DNA from: Verrucomicrobiota bacterium
GTDB lineage: Bacteria > Verrucomicrobiota > Verrucomicrobiia > Limisphaerales > Palsa-1400
DNA: 64,000 bases
Direction of reading: 5' to 3'
Assembly (NCBI GenBank): GCA_049510745.1
Contig: JBEKYR010000001.1
Location: forward strand, 224,001-288,000
Shown: positions 55,039 through 63,492 of the stretch, piece by piece
Layout: the number at the start of each line of letters is the position of its first letter
How positions within the stretch are numbered: the stretch's first letter is position 1
Translations under genes and position numbers: made by a program
The notes under the pieces: generated by a model
Told to the model about the DNA's origin: nothing
What the model saw: the letters and a program-made list of their open reading frames with translations, nothing else
Databases searched by the model: none

Positions 55039-55064
55039 TTTGCCATTTGGCATGGCAAATGGCA
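55039..55064. promoter_or_regulatory. Overlapping inverted repeats, putative antitoxin operator
   Basis: TGCCATTTG-N6-CAAATGGCA and TTTGCCAT-N5-ATGGCAAA immediately upstream of the AbrB-like gene. Confidence 0.55.
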
Positions 55065-55076
55065 TGGTTATTGGAA

Positions 55077-55328
55077 ATGGAAGCCGTTATTACGATGGAT
55101 AAATTTGGACGCATGGTTCTTCCCAGGCCAATGCGGAAGGCGCTGCAGATATCCCGGCCCGCCGCATTCAAGGCGGAGGTCATGGGCAACAAAGTGGAGC
55201 TTACTTTGGTCGCCCCGGAGCGAAGCGCGGTATTGAAAAAGCGGCGCGGTCTTCTAGTTGTTTCAACCGGCGGGCGAAAGTTTAACGCGGCTGAGGCGGT
55301 AAGCGCCATGCGCGAGGAGCGCTTCTGA
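55077..55328 (+). CDS. AbrB/MazE/SpoVT-family antitoxin
   Basis: ITMDKFGRMVLPRPMRKAL swapped-hairpin motif. Confidence 0.85.
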   Translation: MEAVITMDKFGRMVLPRPMRKALQISRPAAFKAEVMGNKVELTLVAPERSAVLKKRRGLLVVSTGGRKFNAAEAVSAMREERF

Positions 55329-55445
55329 TTACTGTTGCATTTACAGGCTGCGCGCCGGGGAGCTGCGAAACGCATTTTCACCATTAACGTCCGGCACTTT
55401 CAAATTTTCGCCCCTGACCTGAGAAGCATCATCTCGCTACCGTAG
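55329..55445 (+). pseudogene. C-terminal remnant of a PIN-like toxin
   Basis: Read by hand: LLLHLQAARRGAAKRIFTINVRHFQIFAPDLRSIISLP*, directly after the antitoxin stop, no start codon. Confidence 0.6.
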
Positions 55446-55471
55446 GCTCGGAACATTTTTCCACGCCTTGC

Positions 55472-55765
55472 GCAAAAACCGCATTGCCCTTGCGCCCGCC
55501 CCACGCGCGAGCGTCATCTTGACAATTTGTTCACTTGTCGCCCAACATCCCCTCATGCTGGCGCGTGTTTTGTCCGCTGCCTTGTCTGCCATCTTGTCCG
55601 CCAAAGCTCCGCCGGAAGCGGCGGCGGAAGCGCCGGGAAGCGCGACGGCGGAGGCCAACGGCATCGAAGCCTTCCCCGTCGAGGTGGAGGTCAATTCCGG
55701 CTGGGGGATACGACCGTGGTCATCGTCGGCTTTGCCGGATACGGCGGTAAAGAAATCGCGCGACC
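55472..55765 (+). pseudogene. comM upstream region + 5' fragment, copy D (frameshifted)
   Basis: ATG at 55555; similarity extends to ...PDTAVKKSRD; 72-bp in-frame palindromic insert. Confidence 0.9.
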
Positions 55766-55785
55766 AGGGCTTGATACGAAACCCA

Positions 55786-56016
55786 TCACGCCGTTTTCGA
55801 TGAACGCCCCTTTGCCGGTTCCACGAGTTTGATTTGCTGCGCGTTGAGGATTTTGAAATGTCCTCCCTCGTCGTACAGCACGACCGTCTGGCGGTCGGGA
55901 CTGACCATCAAATAATCAGTGTGGGCGACAACGAAGGATTGTTGGTTGCCCAAGACAATCCGAACCGGCTTAAATGGGTCGGCCTGCATCAATCCTTTGA
56001 TCTCATCAGCAATCAT
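55786..56016 (-). CDS. Small hypothetical protein (PFKPVRIVL...)
   Basis: 76 aa ORF filling the gap between copies D and E. Confidence 0.6.
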   Translation of the reverse strand: MIADEIKGLMQADPFKPVRIVLGNQQSFVVAHTDYLMVSPDRQTVVLYDEGGHFKILNAQQIKLVEPAKGRSSKTA

Positions 56017-56091
56017 TGGCCGAACATAGTCGAGGATTGCGCGAAAGGCAATCTTCAAACCGCTGGATTTGCGCTGTTATGGGCATGGGCA

Positions 56092-56267
56092 CAAAAACCG
56101 CATTGCCCTTGCGCCCGCGTTGGCCCAACATCCCCCCATGCTGGCGCGTGTCCTGTCCGCTGCCTTGTCCGCCCTAGCGCCGAAAAGCGCGACGGCGGAG
56201 GTCAATGGAATCGAAGCCTTCCCCGTCGAGGTGGAGGTCAATACAGGCTGGGGTGACACAACCGTCG
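56092..56267 (+). pseudogene. comM upstream region + 5' fragment, copy E
   Basis: ATG at 56138; MLARVLSAA[LSALAPKSATAE]VNGIEAFPVEVEVNTGWGDTTV, then diverges. Confidence 0.9.
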
Positions 56268-56427
56268 CACTAATTACGTCGATTTCGCCTATTTCATGTC
56301 CGCCGTTTCTCGTTCCGGAAATTCCCCGGTGTTACCCAGTTCAAAGTGAGGACTCCTGCGGACAGAACTTACTAAAGCTAGGCACCCAAGTCCCCCTCTG
56401 ATATTTGAAAATACACAAGCCATCTTA

Positions 56428-56739
56428 ATGAGCCACATCGAACCAAAGCATATCCCGTTTGCTGTATCTCTGTTGCCATTCTTCGGCTTTGGTATTGCTC
56501 TCCCAGTCACGGTTCAAGATTGGTATCACGGTCGGTTGATGCACGGAGATGGGATGGCCTTTTTGGTTGGATTGGTAATCGTTGCTGCGTGGGAGTGGGC
56601 GATTCTTCTGAGCGTCAAATCGAAGAAAAGGCGAGGACAGGAGCGGCTCCTAGGACGAGAGCTTAGTTCATGGCATTGGGCGCCACCTGTTACTTTCGTG
56701 ACAGGAGTCGGATGTGGTCTGATGTTTTTAGTCAGATGA
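56428..56739 (+). CDS. Small membrane protein
   Basis: 103 aa with three hydrophobic segments; lower GC than flanks. Confidence 0.55.
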   Translation: MSHIEPKHIPFAVSLLPFFGFGIALPVTVQDWYHGRLMHGDGMAFLVGLVIVAAWEWAILLSVKSKKRRGQERLLGRELSSWHWAPPVTFVTGVGCGLMFLVR

Positions 56740-56850
56740 GTCAGGGGTCGCTCCTTTGTCTGAAAAGGGGTCACTTTCCGTTCGGCCTTCCCCAAACGGG
56801 AGAAAAAATCCGCATTGCCCTCGCGCCTTCATTCCCCCAACATCATGCCC

Positions 56851-58377
56851 ATGCTCGCGCGTGTTCTGTCCGCTGCGGTCAATGGGATTGAAGCCTTCCC
56901 CGTCGAGGTGGAGGTCAATTCCGGCTGGGGCGATACCACCGTCGTCATCGTCGGGTTGCCGGATACGGCGGTCAAGGAATCGCGCGACCGCGTCAGCACC
57001 GCCCTGACCAATTCCGGGTTCAAATTTCCCATGGGCCGGACCACCATCAACCTGGCCCCGGCGGATGTGCGCAAGGAGGGGCCGAGTTTCGATCTGCCCA
57101 TCGCCATCGGGATGCTCGCAGCCAGCGACCAACTCATGTCCGATCTCACGGACCATTTCGTCATGGTGGGCGAACTGGCGTTGACCGGGCAGGTGCGGCC
57201 CGTCAAAGGCGTCCTGCCCGTCGCCTGGCGGGCGCGCGCGGAGAAAATGACCGGCGTTATCGTGCCGGTGGAAAACGCGGCCGAGGCGGCGGTGGTGGAA
57301 GGGTTGCAGGTCATCCCGGTGGAGAATTTGCGCCAGGCGGCCGGTTTTCTCGAAGGGGAAATCAAAATCGCGCCCACGCAAGTCGATCTGACCAAAGTTT
57401 TTGACCAGGCCTACGACGAAGAGATCGACATGGCGGAGGTCAAGGGCCAGGAATCGGTCAAGCGCGCTTTGGAAATCGCGGCGGCGGGCGGGCACAATTT
57501 GCTGCTCATTGGCCCGCCCGGCACCGGCAAATCCATGCTGGCCAAACGGCTGACCACCATTCTGCCCCCGTTGACGCTGGAGGAGGCTCTGGAGACAACC
57601 AAGATTCACAGCATTGTGGGACTGCTCAAACCCGGACAGGCGCTGGTCACGCGCCGTCCCTTCCGCACCCCGCATCACACCGCCAGCGACGCCGGGTTGC
57701 TGGGCGGCAACGTCAACCCGACTCCCGGCGAAATTTCCCTGGCCCATCACGGCGTGTTGTTCCTGGATGAATTGCCCGAATTCAAACGCGGCGTCCTCGA
57801 GACAATGCGCCAGCCGATCGAGGAAGGCCGCGTGACCATCTCGCGCGCGGCGGGCACCATGACCTTCCCAGCACAATTCATGTTGGTGGCAGCCATGAAT
57901 CCAACGCCGGACGGAAAAATGCCGGGAGAGTCTCGCAGCTCTCCTCGCGAGATTCAGAATTACTTGGGACGCATTTCTGGCCCGTTGCTCGACCGTATTG
58001 ATTTGCATGTGGAAGTGCCGCAAGTGAAATTCCGCGAGATCAGCAGCGAACGGACGGGGGAAGATTCTGCCACCATCCGCGAGCGAGTGGTCGCGGCCCG
58101 AAGAAGGCAGCAGGCCCGTTTCGCCAACAAGCGTGCGGTGACCTGCAATGCCCGGATGGGACCGCGGGAATTGAAAAGCTATTGTGCGCTGGATGAGACG
58201 ACCAAAGAACTGCTCAAGTTTGCCATGGCCGATCTCAATTTGAGCGCCCGAGCGTACGACCGTATCCTGAAAGTCGCCCGCACTATCGCCGATCTGGCTG
58301 GCTCCGAGAACATTGTCGGCGATCACATTGCCGAAGCGATCCAATATCGGTCCCTTGATCGCCAGTTCTGGACGTGA
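56851..58377 (+). CDS. comM: ComM / YifB Mg-chelatase-like AAA+ ATPase
   Basis: VGLPDTAVKESRDRV, NLAPAD.RKEG..FDLPIA, GPPGTGKSMLA, PGEISLAHHGVLFLDE, ISGPLLDRID, ARTIADL. Confidence 0.96.
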   Translation: MLARVLSAAVNGIEAFPVEVEVNSGWGDTTVVIVGLPDTAVKESRDRVSTALTNSGFKFPMGRTTINLAPADVRKEGPSFDLPIAIGMLAASDQLMSDLTDHFVMVGELALTGQVRPVKGVLPVAWRARAEKMTGVIVPVENAAEAAVVEGLQVIPVENLRQAAGFLEGEIKIAPTQVDLTKVFDQAYDEEIDMAEVKGQESVKRALEIAAAGGHNLLLIGPPGTGKSMLAKRLTTILPPLTLEEALETTKIHSIVGLLKPGQALVTRRPFRTPHHTASDAGLLGGNVNPTPGEISLAHHGVLFLDELPEFKRGVLETMRQPIEEGRVTISRAAGTMTFPAQFMLVAAMNPTPDGKMPGESRSSPREIQNYLGRISGPLLDRIDLHVEVPQVKFREISSERTGEDSATIRERVVAARRRQQARFANKRAVTCNARMGPRELKSYCALDETTKELLKFAMADLNLSARAYDRILKVARTIADLAGSENIVGDHIAEAIQYRSLDRQFWT

Positions 58378-58393
58378 ACGACACCAGCCAGCG

Positions 58394-58933
58394 TCAGGCT
58401 GGGTTGACCGTGAAACTCTCCTGAGTCGGATCAAATCCAAGCAAAGCCACAACCCGCTCAAAGTGACTGGGATGTGGCTGGCACCGATTTGTCTCCCAGC
58501 CCCAAAGGGTTTTGACGCTCACCCCCAGTTCTTCGGCGCATTCCTTCCGGTTTTTCCTCAATTCCAGTCGCCGTTTCCTGATTCGTTGCCCCAGGGTGAG
58601 GGGAACTGCCGGTGCTAAAATGGCAATGAATGGGGGTTCGTTGCCTTTGGATGAAGACTAGGGAGTGTTGCCAGCGCGGCCAGAAGCGGAACAGGCTAAC
58701 CCAAAGCAGTCGGTCAGCGGAGTGGAGTTTGGGTTTGAACGTCTGCCGTTTGAGCACGGCGAGTTGATGTGGGAGCGCCAGATTTTGAAGCACGAGCCGG
58801 GATTGGGATTGGAGTCCGGAGAGCAGGGAGCGGAGAAGCGCGAAGAAAATATCAAGCATGACGAGGCCGACTTTGGCCGATCTTATTGAAGAACCAACGT
58901 TTTCGAAGGATTATGGAGTTTTCGCTACCCACA
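58394..58933 (-). mobile_element. Internally deleted IS-like remnant (transposase N-terminus + XRE-type HTH fragment)
   Basis: LQNLALPHQLAVLKR...DRLLW...WPRW N-terminus from 58859; in another frame LGQRIRKRRLEL...ECAEELGVSVKTLWGWE HTH ending 58394; TGTGGGTAGCGAAAACTC possible terminus at 58933; no catalytic core. Confidence 0.6.
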
Positions 58934-59070
58934 GCCTCAAAGGCTTGAGGGTCGAGACTCCCATGCGCGACGCCGACTTGGGAAGAATTTCAGGCGCTGT
59001 CCTAGCGTATCACGGCAGCGTCATCCACGAGGAGAATCCGGGGCGCTGCATGATTGGCGTCAGGATGGCG

Positions 59071-61200
59071 TTAGGACGCTGCATAAGCCCTAGTGCCCGG
59101 CGAGCGGCATTGGCAGGGCCCAACTTCCGGTGGAATTCCATCCTGCTCCGCCGGGGCATCGAGACATTCGCGTACGAATTGTGCCAGTTTGCCAATCGAG
59201 TAGGGCTTGGGCAGAAAGTTTCGTCGTTCCAGCAGTGAAGCATCCTTGCCCGCCATGCCGGGACTGTAACCGCTGGTGTAAATCACCTTGAGGCGGGGAC
59301 ATTGCCTCGAGAGGCGTTCTGCCAGTTCGGTGCCCATGATGCCTCCCGGCATCACCATGTCAGTCAGCAGCAGGTCAACCGGTCGGTTTGCTTGTTCCCA
59401 CACCTCGAGCGCATCACGACCGGACGCAGCCTCCAACACGGTATAACCCTGGAGCTTCAGAACCGAAACCACCATCTGGCGCAAGGCCTCCTCATCTTCA
59501 GCCACGAGCACCGTTTCGCGACCGCTACGCAGGGCGGTATCAACCACCGGCTCCGTCTTCTCGGCCGCTCGTCGGCTCGCCGGAAAATAGACGCGGAAGG
59601 TGGTGCCGTGGTTCGGTTTGCTCTCCACCTCCAGCCAGCCCTGGTGCTGCCGGACAATACCGAAAACCGTGGACAAGCCCAGGCCGGTGCCCTTCCCGAC
59701 AGGTTTGGTGGTGAAAAACGGCTCGAAAATCCGGGTGAGAATCTGCGTGTCCATCCCGACGCCGGTGTCGCTGAACGTCAGGCAAACATAGTCCCCGTCC
59801 CGCTGCTCAGGGTCCATCGGGGTGGGCGCGCGATGAATGGTCTCCAGCGAGGTGGTGATAGAAACCCATCCGCCATTGGGCATGGCATCCCGGGCGTTGA
59901 CCGCCAGGTTCATGGCGATTTGTTCCACCATGCTTCTGTCGGCGTGGATAGCGGGGATTTGGCTCCGGGGGCGAAAATCGATCTGCACGTGTTCGCCCAC
60001 CAGCCTTTCGAGCATCTTGATCGCGCTGCGCAAGATGTCGTTGAGGTCGAGATGCCGGAATTGCATCACCTGCTTGCGGCTGAACATCAGCAGTTGCCGG
60101 ATGAGTGTGGCGGCGCGGTCTGCCGCGCCGGTGATCTGTTCCAGCGATTTCTTTTGCGGACTGCCTGGGTCCAAGGTCTGCTGCATCAGGCCGGCGTGCC
60201 CTTGGATCACTGTGAGGACGTTGTTGAAATCGTGGGCGACGCCGGCAGCCAATTGACCGATGGCCTCCATCTTCTGGGCATGGCGAAGTTGGCGTTCCAA
60301 CAAAGCCCGCTCGGACACGTCCTGGGCCAGCAGCAGCACGTGAGGTCGTCCGCCCAGGGCGACCGGGGACAGGGATACCAGCATTTCGTGCAAGGCGCCT
60401 GCCCGGCTGCAGATGTTGGCCACCTGATCTCGCACCGACTCCTGCTGTAACAAACCTTCATACCACTGATCGACAACCGTGGGTCTTTCCCACAGGAACA
60501 ACTCAGCCGGGGTGCGGCCGATCATCTCCTCGCGTTTGTAGCCGCTGACCTCGGCGAGGCGTTGATTCACATCCACGAAGCGTTGATCGGGAAGGCGCTG
60601 GATGCCGCTGGGAAGGGGACTTTCGTGAAACGCCTTGGAGAAGCGCTCTTCGGACATGGCCAGCGATTCGTTGGCCTGCGCCAGTTCCGCTATCTGCAAA
60701 CCCGCTTGAAAACTGAGCAGCCATTTTTTGGTTAGGGCGTGGGCCAGTTGCTGCACTTCGATGTTGTCGAACGGCTTTTTGAGGACGAGCAGGTTGTCGG
60801 GTTGGCCGACTCTGGCCCGCATTTCCTCCCACGAATAATCAGCGTAGGCCGTGCAGACGACGATCTGAACTTCGGGATCCACTTCCCAGATGCGCGCAAT
60901 GGTTTCAATGCCATCCCAGCCGGGCGGCATCCGCACGTCCACGAAGGCCAGGGCATACGGCCGGTTGTCCGCCAGCGCCTGCTTCACCATCTCCAACGCC
61001 TCCTGGCCTTGGTAAGCGGAGTCCAACTCAAAACCCATCACATCGAGCTTGGCCTCATCGAAGAGGACCGCTTCCATTTTATTCGCCGCGGCCTCGTCGG
61101 AGTTGTCCGGACAGAGAATCTCCCGGAAGTCGTTGTGGATGCTCGTATTGTCGTCAACGATCAGGATGCGATGGTTTAGTTTCAGGTCTGAGCTTTTCAG
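59071..61200 (-). CDS. Hybrid histidine kinase (REC-PAS-HisKA-HATPase-REC)
   Basis: RILIVDDN, DVRMPPGWDG, GVAHDFNN, EPFFTTK..GKGTGLGL, TDMVMPG; frame open to CTG at 61200. Confidence 0.9.
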   Translation of the reverse strand: MKSSDLKLNHRILIVDDNTSIHNDFREILCPDNSDEAAANKMEAVLFDEAKLDVMGFELDSAYQGQEALEMVKQALADNRPYALAFVDVRMPPGWDGIETIARIWEVDPEVQIVVCTAYADYSWEEMRARVGQPDNLLVLKKPFDNIEVQQLAHALTKKWLLSFQAGLQIAELAQANESLAMSEERFSKAFHESPLPSGIQRLPDQRFVDVNQRLAEVSGYKREEMIGRTPAELFLWERPTVVDQWYEGLLQQESVRDQVANICSRAGALHEMLVSLSPVALGGRPHVLLLAQDVSERALLERQLRHAQKMEAIGQLAAGVAHDFNNVLTVIQGHAGLMQQTLDPGSPQKKSLEQITGAADRAATLIRQLLMFSRKQVMQFRHLDLNDILRSAIKMLERLVGEHVQIDFRPRSQIPAIHADRSMVEQIAMNLAVNARDAMPNGGWVSITTSLETIHRAPTPMDPEQRDGDYVCLTFSDTGVGMDTQILTRIFEPFFTTKPVGKGTGLGLSTVFGIVRQHQGWLEVESKPNHGTTFRVYFPASRRAAEKTEPVVDTALRSGRETVLVAEDEEALRQMVVSVLKLQGYTVLEAASGRDALEVWEQANRPVDLLLTDMVMPGGIMGTELAERLSRQCPRLKVIYTSGYSPGMAGKDASLLERRNFLPKPYSIGKLAQFVRECLDAPAEQDGIPPEVGPCQCRSPGTRAYAAS

Positions 61201-63182
61201 GCGATCCTTCCTGTTGCTGAATGTTCTTCTTGCCGGACGGATGCCGCGGCGGGTAATTCGAGAGTAAACTCGGCGCCTTTGCCGGGGCCGTCGCTACGGG
61301 CCGTGAGGGTGCCACCCATTTCTTTGGCGGCGTTGGCCCCACTATGGAGGCCGAAGCCGTGGCCGTCCTTCTTGGTCGTAAAACCGTGGTTGAAAATCCG
61401 GGTCAGGTGTTCCGGGGCAATCCCGACACCATTGTCCGCGATGGTGATTCTTACCCGGTCGGCAGACACCAGTCCCACCCGGACTACCAAACGCTTGGCA
61501 TGTCCGCTCTGCGCATCCATGGCATACTTCGCGTTGCGGAGCAGGTTGATGAGAATCTGCAACACCTTGTGCCGGTCCACGCGCACCAGCGGTATGTTCG
61601 CGGCAAACTCCCGAACCAGCTCGATGCCATGCCGGTCAAAGGCGGCAGCATTCATCCGCAAGGCATCTTCAACCAATGCCACCACCGCCAGATTTTCATA
61701 GAGGCCGGAGACTTTGGCGTAGGTCTGCTGCATCGCCACAATCTCTTTGATGTGCTCGATATGCTGGCCGACGGAGTCCATTTTCGCGATCAACTTGGTC
61801 TGCTCGCTGGCCAACTGGTCCGCCACCGTGGCAAGATATTCGGGAATCAGTTTGCCCTTCGGGTCGGTGGTCAGGAATTCGGCGAGATGGCCGTTTTGCT
61901 CGCGCAAGACGGCCGTGGCGCGGCGCAAATTCGCCAGCTTGGAGCGCCGCAGCCGCTCGACCACCACAGTGGCGGCCACGCTCACGCTGTTGAGCACATT
62001 GCCGACATTGTGCAGCACGCCCGTGGCCACCTCGGCCATGCCCGCAAGCCGGGAGGTGCCCATCAACTGCCGGTTGAGCTTGTCAAGTTGCTCGGCATCC
62101 TGTTTCTGCCGGGTGACGTCCAGGAAGATGCCGCGCACGGCCACAGGCTGGCCTTTCTCCACCAGCACCGTGCCGCTCTCACGGATCCAGACTATCCGCC
62201 CATCGGCGGCAATCATCCGGTACTCGTAGGTGTAGGGCTGAGCCTGGGCAGCCAGGTCGTGGCCGGCCCGGATGGCTTTGGCCGCATCCTGCGGGTGCAG
62301 TTTCTCCTCCCAAAAGTTTGGCTGGTCCAGCCACATCTGAGGCTGATAACCGAGAATCTCTTCACTCTGGCGGCTGATAAAGGTGAACCGGAATGTCTCC
62401 GGCGTGCGTTCCCAGACGATGCCATCGATCGAGTGAATCAACGCTTCCATCTTCTGCTGCGAGACGCTGAGCGCGGCATCCTGGCTCTGAATGCGGCTGA
62501 GCATCTCGTTGAACGACTCCGCGAGTCTGCCCAGTTCGTCGCCCCGGTTGCCCACCACCGCGCGTACCGAGTAGTCCTTTTTCTCGCCGACCGTTCGGGC
62601 GGTCTGCGCTAACTGCAGGATTGGATTGGTAATGGTGCGTCCCAACCGGCTCGAAAGAAACGCCGCCAGACAGATGGACACCCCTACGATGCCCACAACG
62701 ACCAACGCGTAGAAACCGAGCAGTTCCAGAAACGTTCGCCGATAGTCCGACCGAAGGTAAAGTGTGCCCACCTGCTCCCCCTTCAACTTGACCGGGCGGG
62801 TGACTAGCAGGTGTCCGCTGACGAAACGGTATTCTCCCGCAGGCGGAAACTGCAACCGCGCCTGTGCGTCCTCACCCTTCCCGAAATGGGCGAACAACGA
62901 GCCGTCAGGCAAAACCAGGCTGGCCGCCAGCACGCTGGGTTTGGCCTGGAGGGCACTCACCACCTCGGTCGCGGCTTGGTCATCTTTGAAGGCCATCGCC
63001 GCTGTGCTGTTGTTGGCGATAACAGCCGCCAGGGTGGCCGTGTCCCGCTGAAAATTGGAGCGGAAGTTCAGCACCTGGAAGGTGAACAGCGCGGCTATGG
63101 CGACGCAGAGGACCGCGCCGCAGATGAGCAGTGTCATCACCAGCATCTTCCGCTGAATGGGGAGATCTCGGAACAGTTTCAT
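61197..63182 (-). CDS. Membrane sensor histidine kinase (periplasmic sensor-HAMP-PAS-kinase)
   Basis: Two TM segments, DELGRLAESFNEM HAMP, VLHNVGN, NLLRNA, GFTTKKDGHGFGL. Confidence 0.92.
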   Translation of the reverse strand: MKLFRDLPIQRKMLVMTLLICGAVLCVAIAALFTFQVLNFRSNFQRDTATLAAVIANNSTAAMAFKDDQAATEVVSALQAKPSVLAASLVLPDGSLFAHFGKGEDAQARLQFPPAGEYRFVSGHLLVTRPVKLKGEQVGTLYLRSDYRRTFLELLGFYALVVVGIVGVSICLAAFLSSRLGRTITNPILQLAQTARTVGEKKDYSVRAVVGNRGDELGRLAESFNEMLSRIQSQDAALSVSQQKMEALIHSIDGIVWERTPETFRFTFISRQSEEILGYQPQMWLDQPNFWEEKLHPQDAAKAIRAGHDLAAQAQPYTYEYRMIAADGRIVWIRESGTVLVEKGQPVAVRGIFLDVTRQKQDAEQLDKLNRQLMGTSRLAGMAEVATGVLHNVGNVLNSVSVAATVVVERLRRSKLANLRRATAVLREQNGHLAEFLTTDPKGKLIPEYLATVADQLASEQTKLIAKMDSVGQHIEHIKEIVAMQQTYAKVSGLYENLAVVALVEDALRMNAAAFDRHGIELVREFAANIPLVRVDRHKVLQILINLLRNAKYAMDAQSGHAKRLVVRVGLVSADRVRITIADNGVGIAPEHLTRIFNHGFTTKKDGHGFGLHSGANAAKEMGGTLTARSDGPGKGAEFTLELPAAASVRQEEHSATGRIA

Positions 63183-63410
63183 CGTGTCTCCAGGCGCGCT
63201 ATCGCTCCCCAACCCATCTCGAGCAGTTTGACGGGTAATGCCGGGGCGACCCCGGGGCGGGCCGCCGACAACCCGTCCGGCACCCCCCCCCGGCGGAGAT
63301 GCCAATCCGCGCAACGGCGAGAATCAAGACAGCAGACTCTGCCGGAAAAGGGCAAGTTTTTCTCATTTTCTGCAAGTTTTATGCGAGCATCCACGCATTC
63401 CCAGCCAACA

Positions 63411-63427
63411 AGCAACTGACGTGCCAA
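63411..63427 (-). promoter_or_regulatory. Sigma-54 promoter motif
   Basis: Minus strand TTGGCACGTCAGTTGCT matches TGGCAC-N5-TTGC; intergenic, upstream of the kinase gene. Confidence 0.7.
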
Positions 63428-63492
63428 GTGCGCTGTGCGCGACTGCAATGGCCTATGTCGCGTCCCGGATTTCTATGAGAGAGATTCCGGCG

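Noticed and set aside
51711..56940. CRISPR array or classical integron interpretation of the repeats
   Set aside because: Repeats are 55-290 bp pieces of comM, spacers are 0.3-2.3 kb and gene-bearing, and no cas, intI or clear attC structure was seen.
56728..58461. 577-aa minus-strand ORF
   Set aside because: Antisense shadow of comM, as expected in high-GC DNA; no recognisable motifs.
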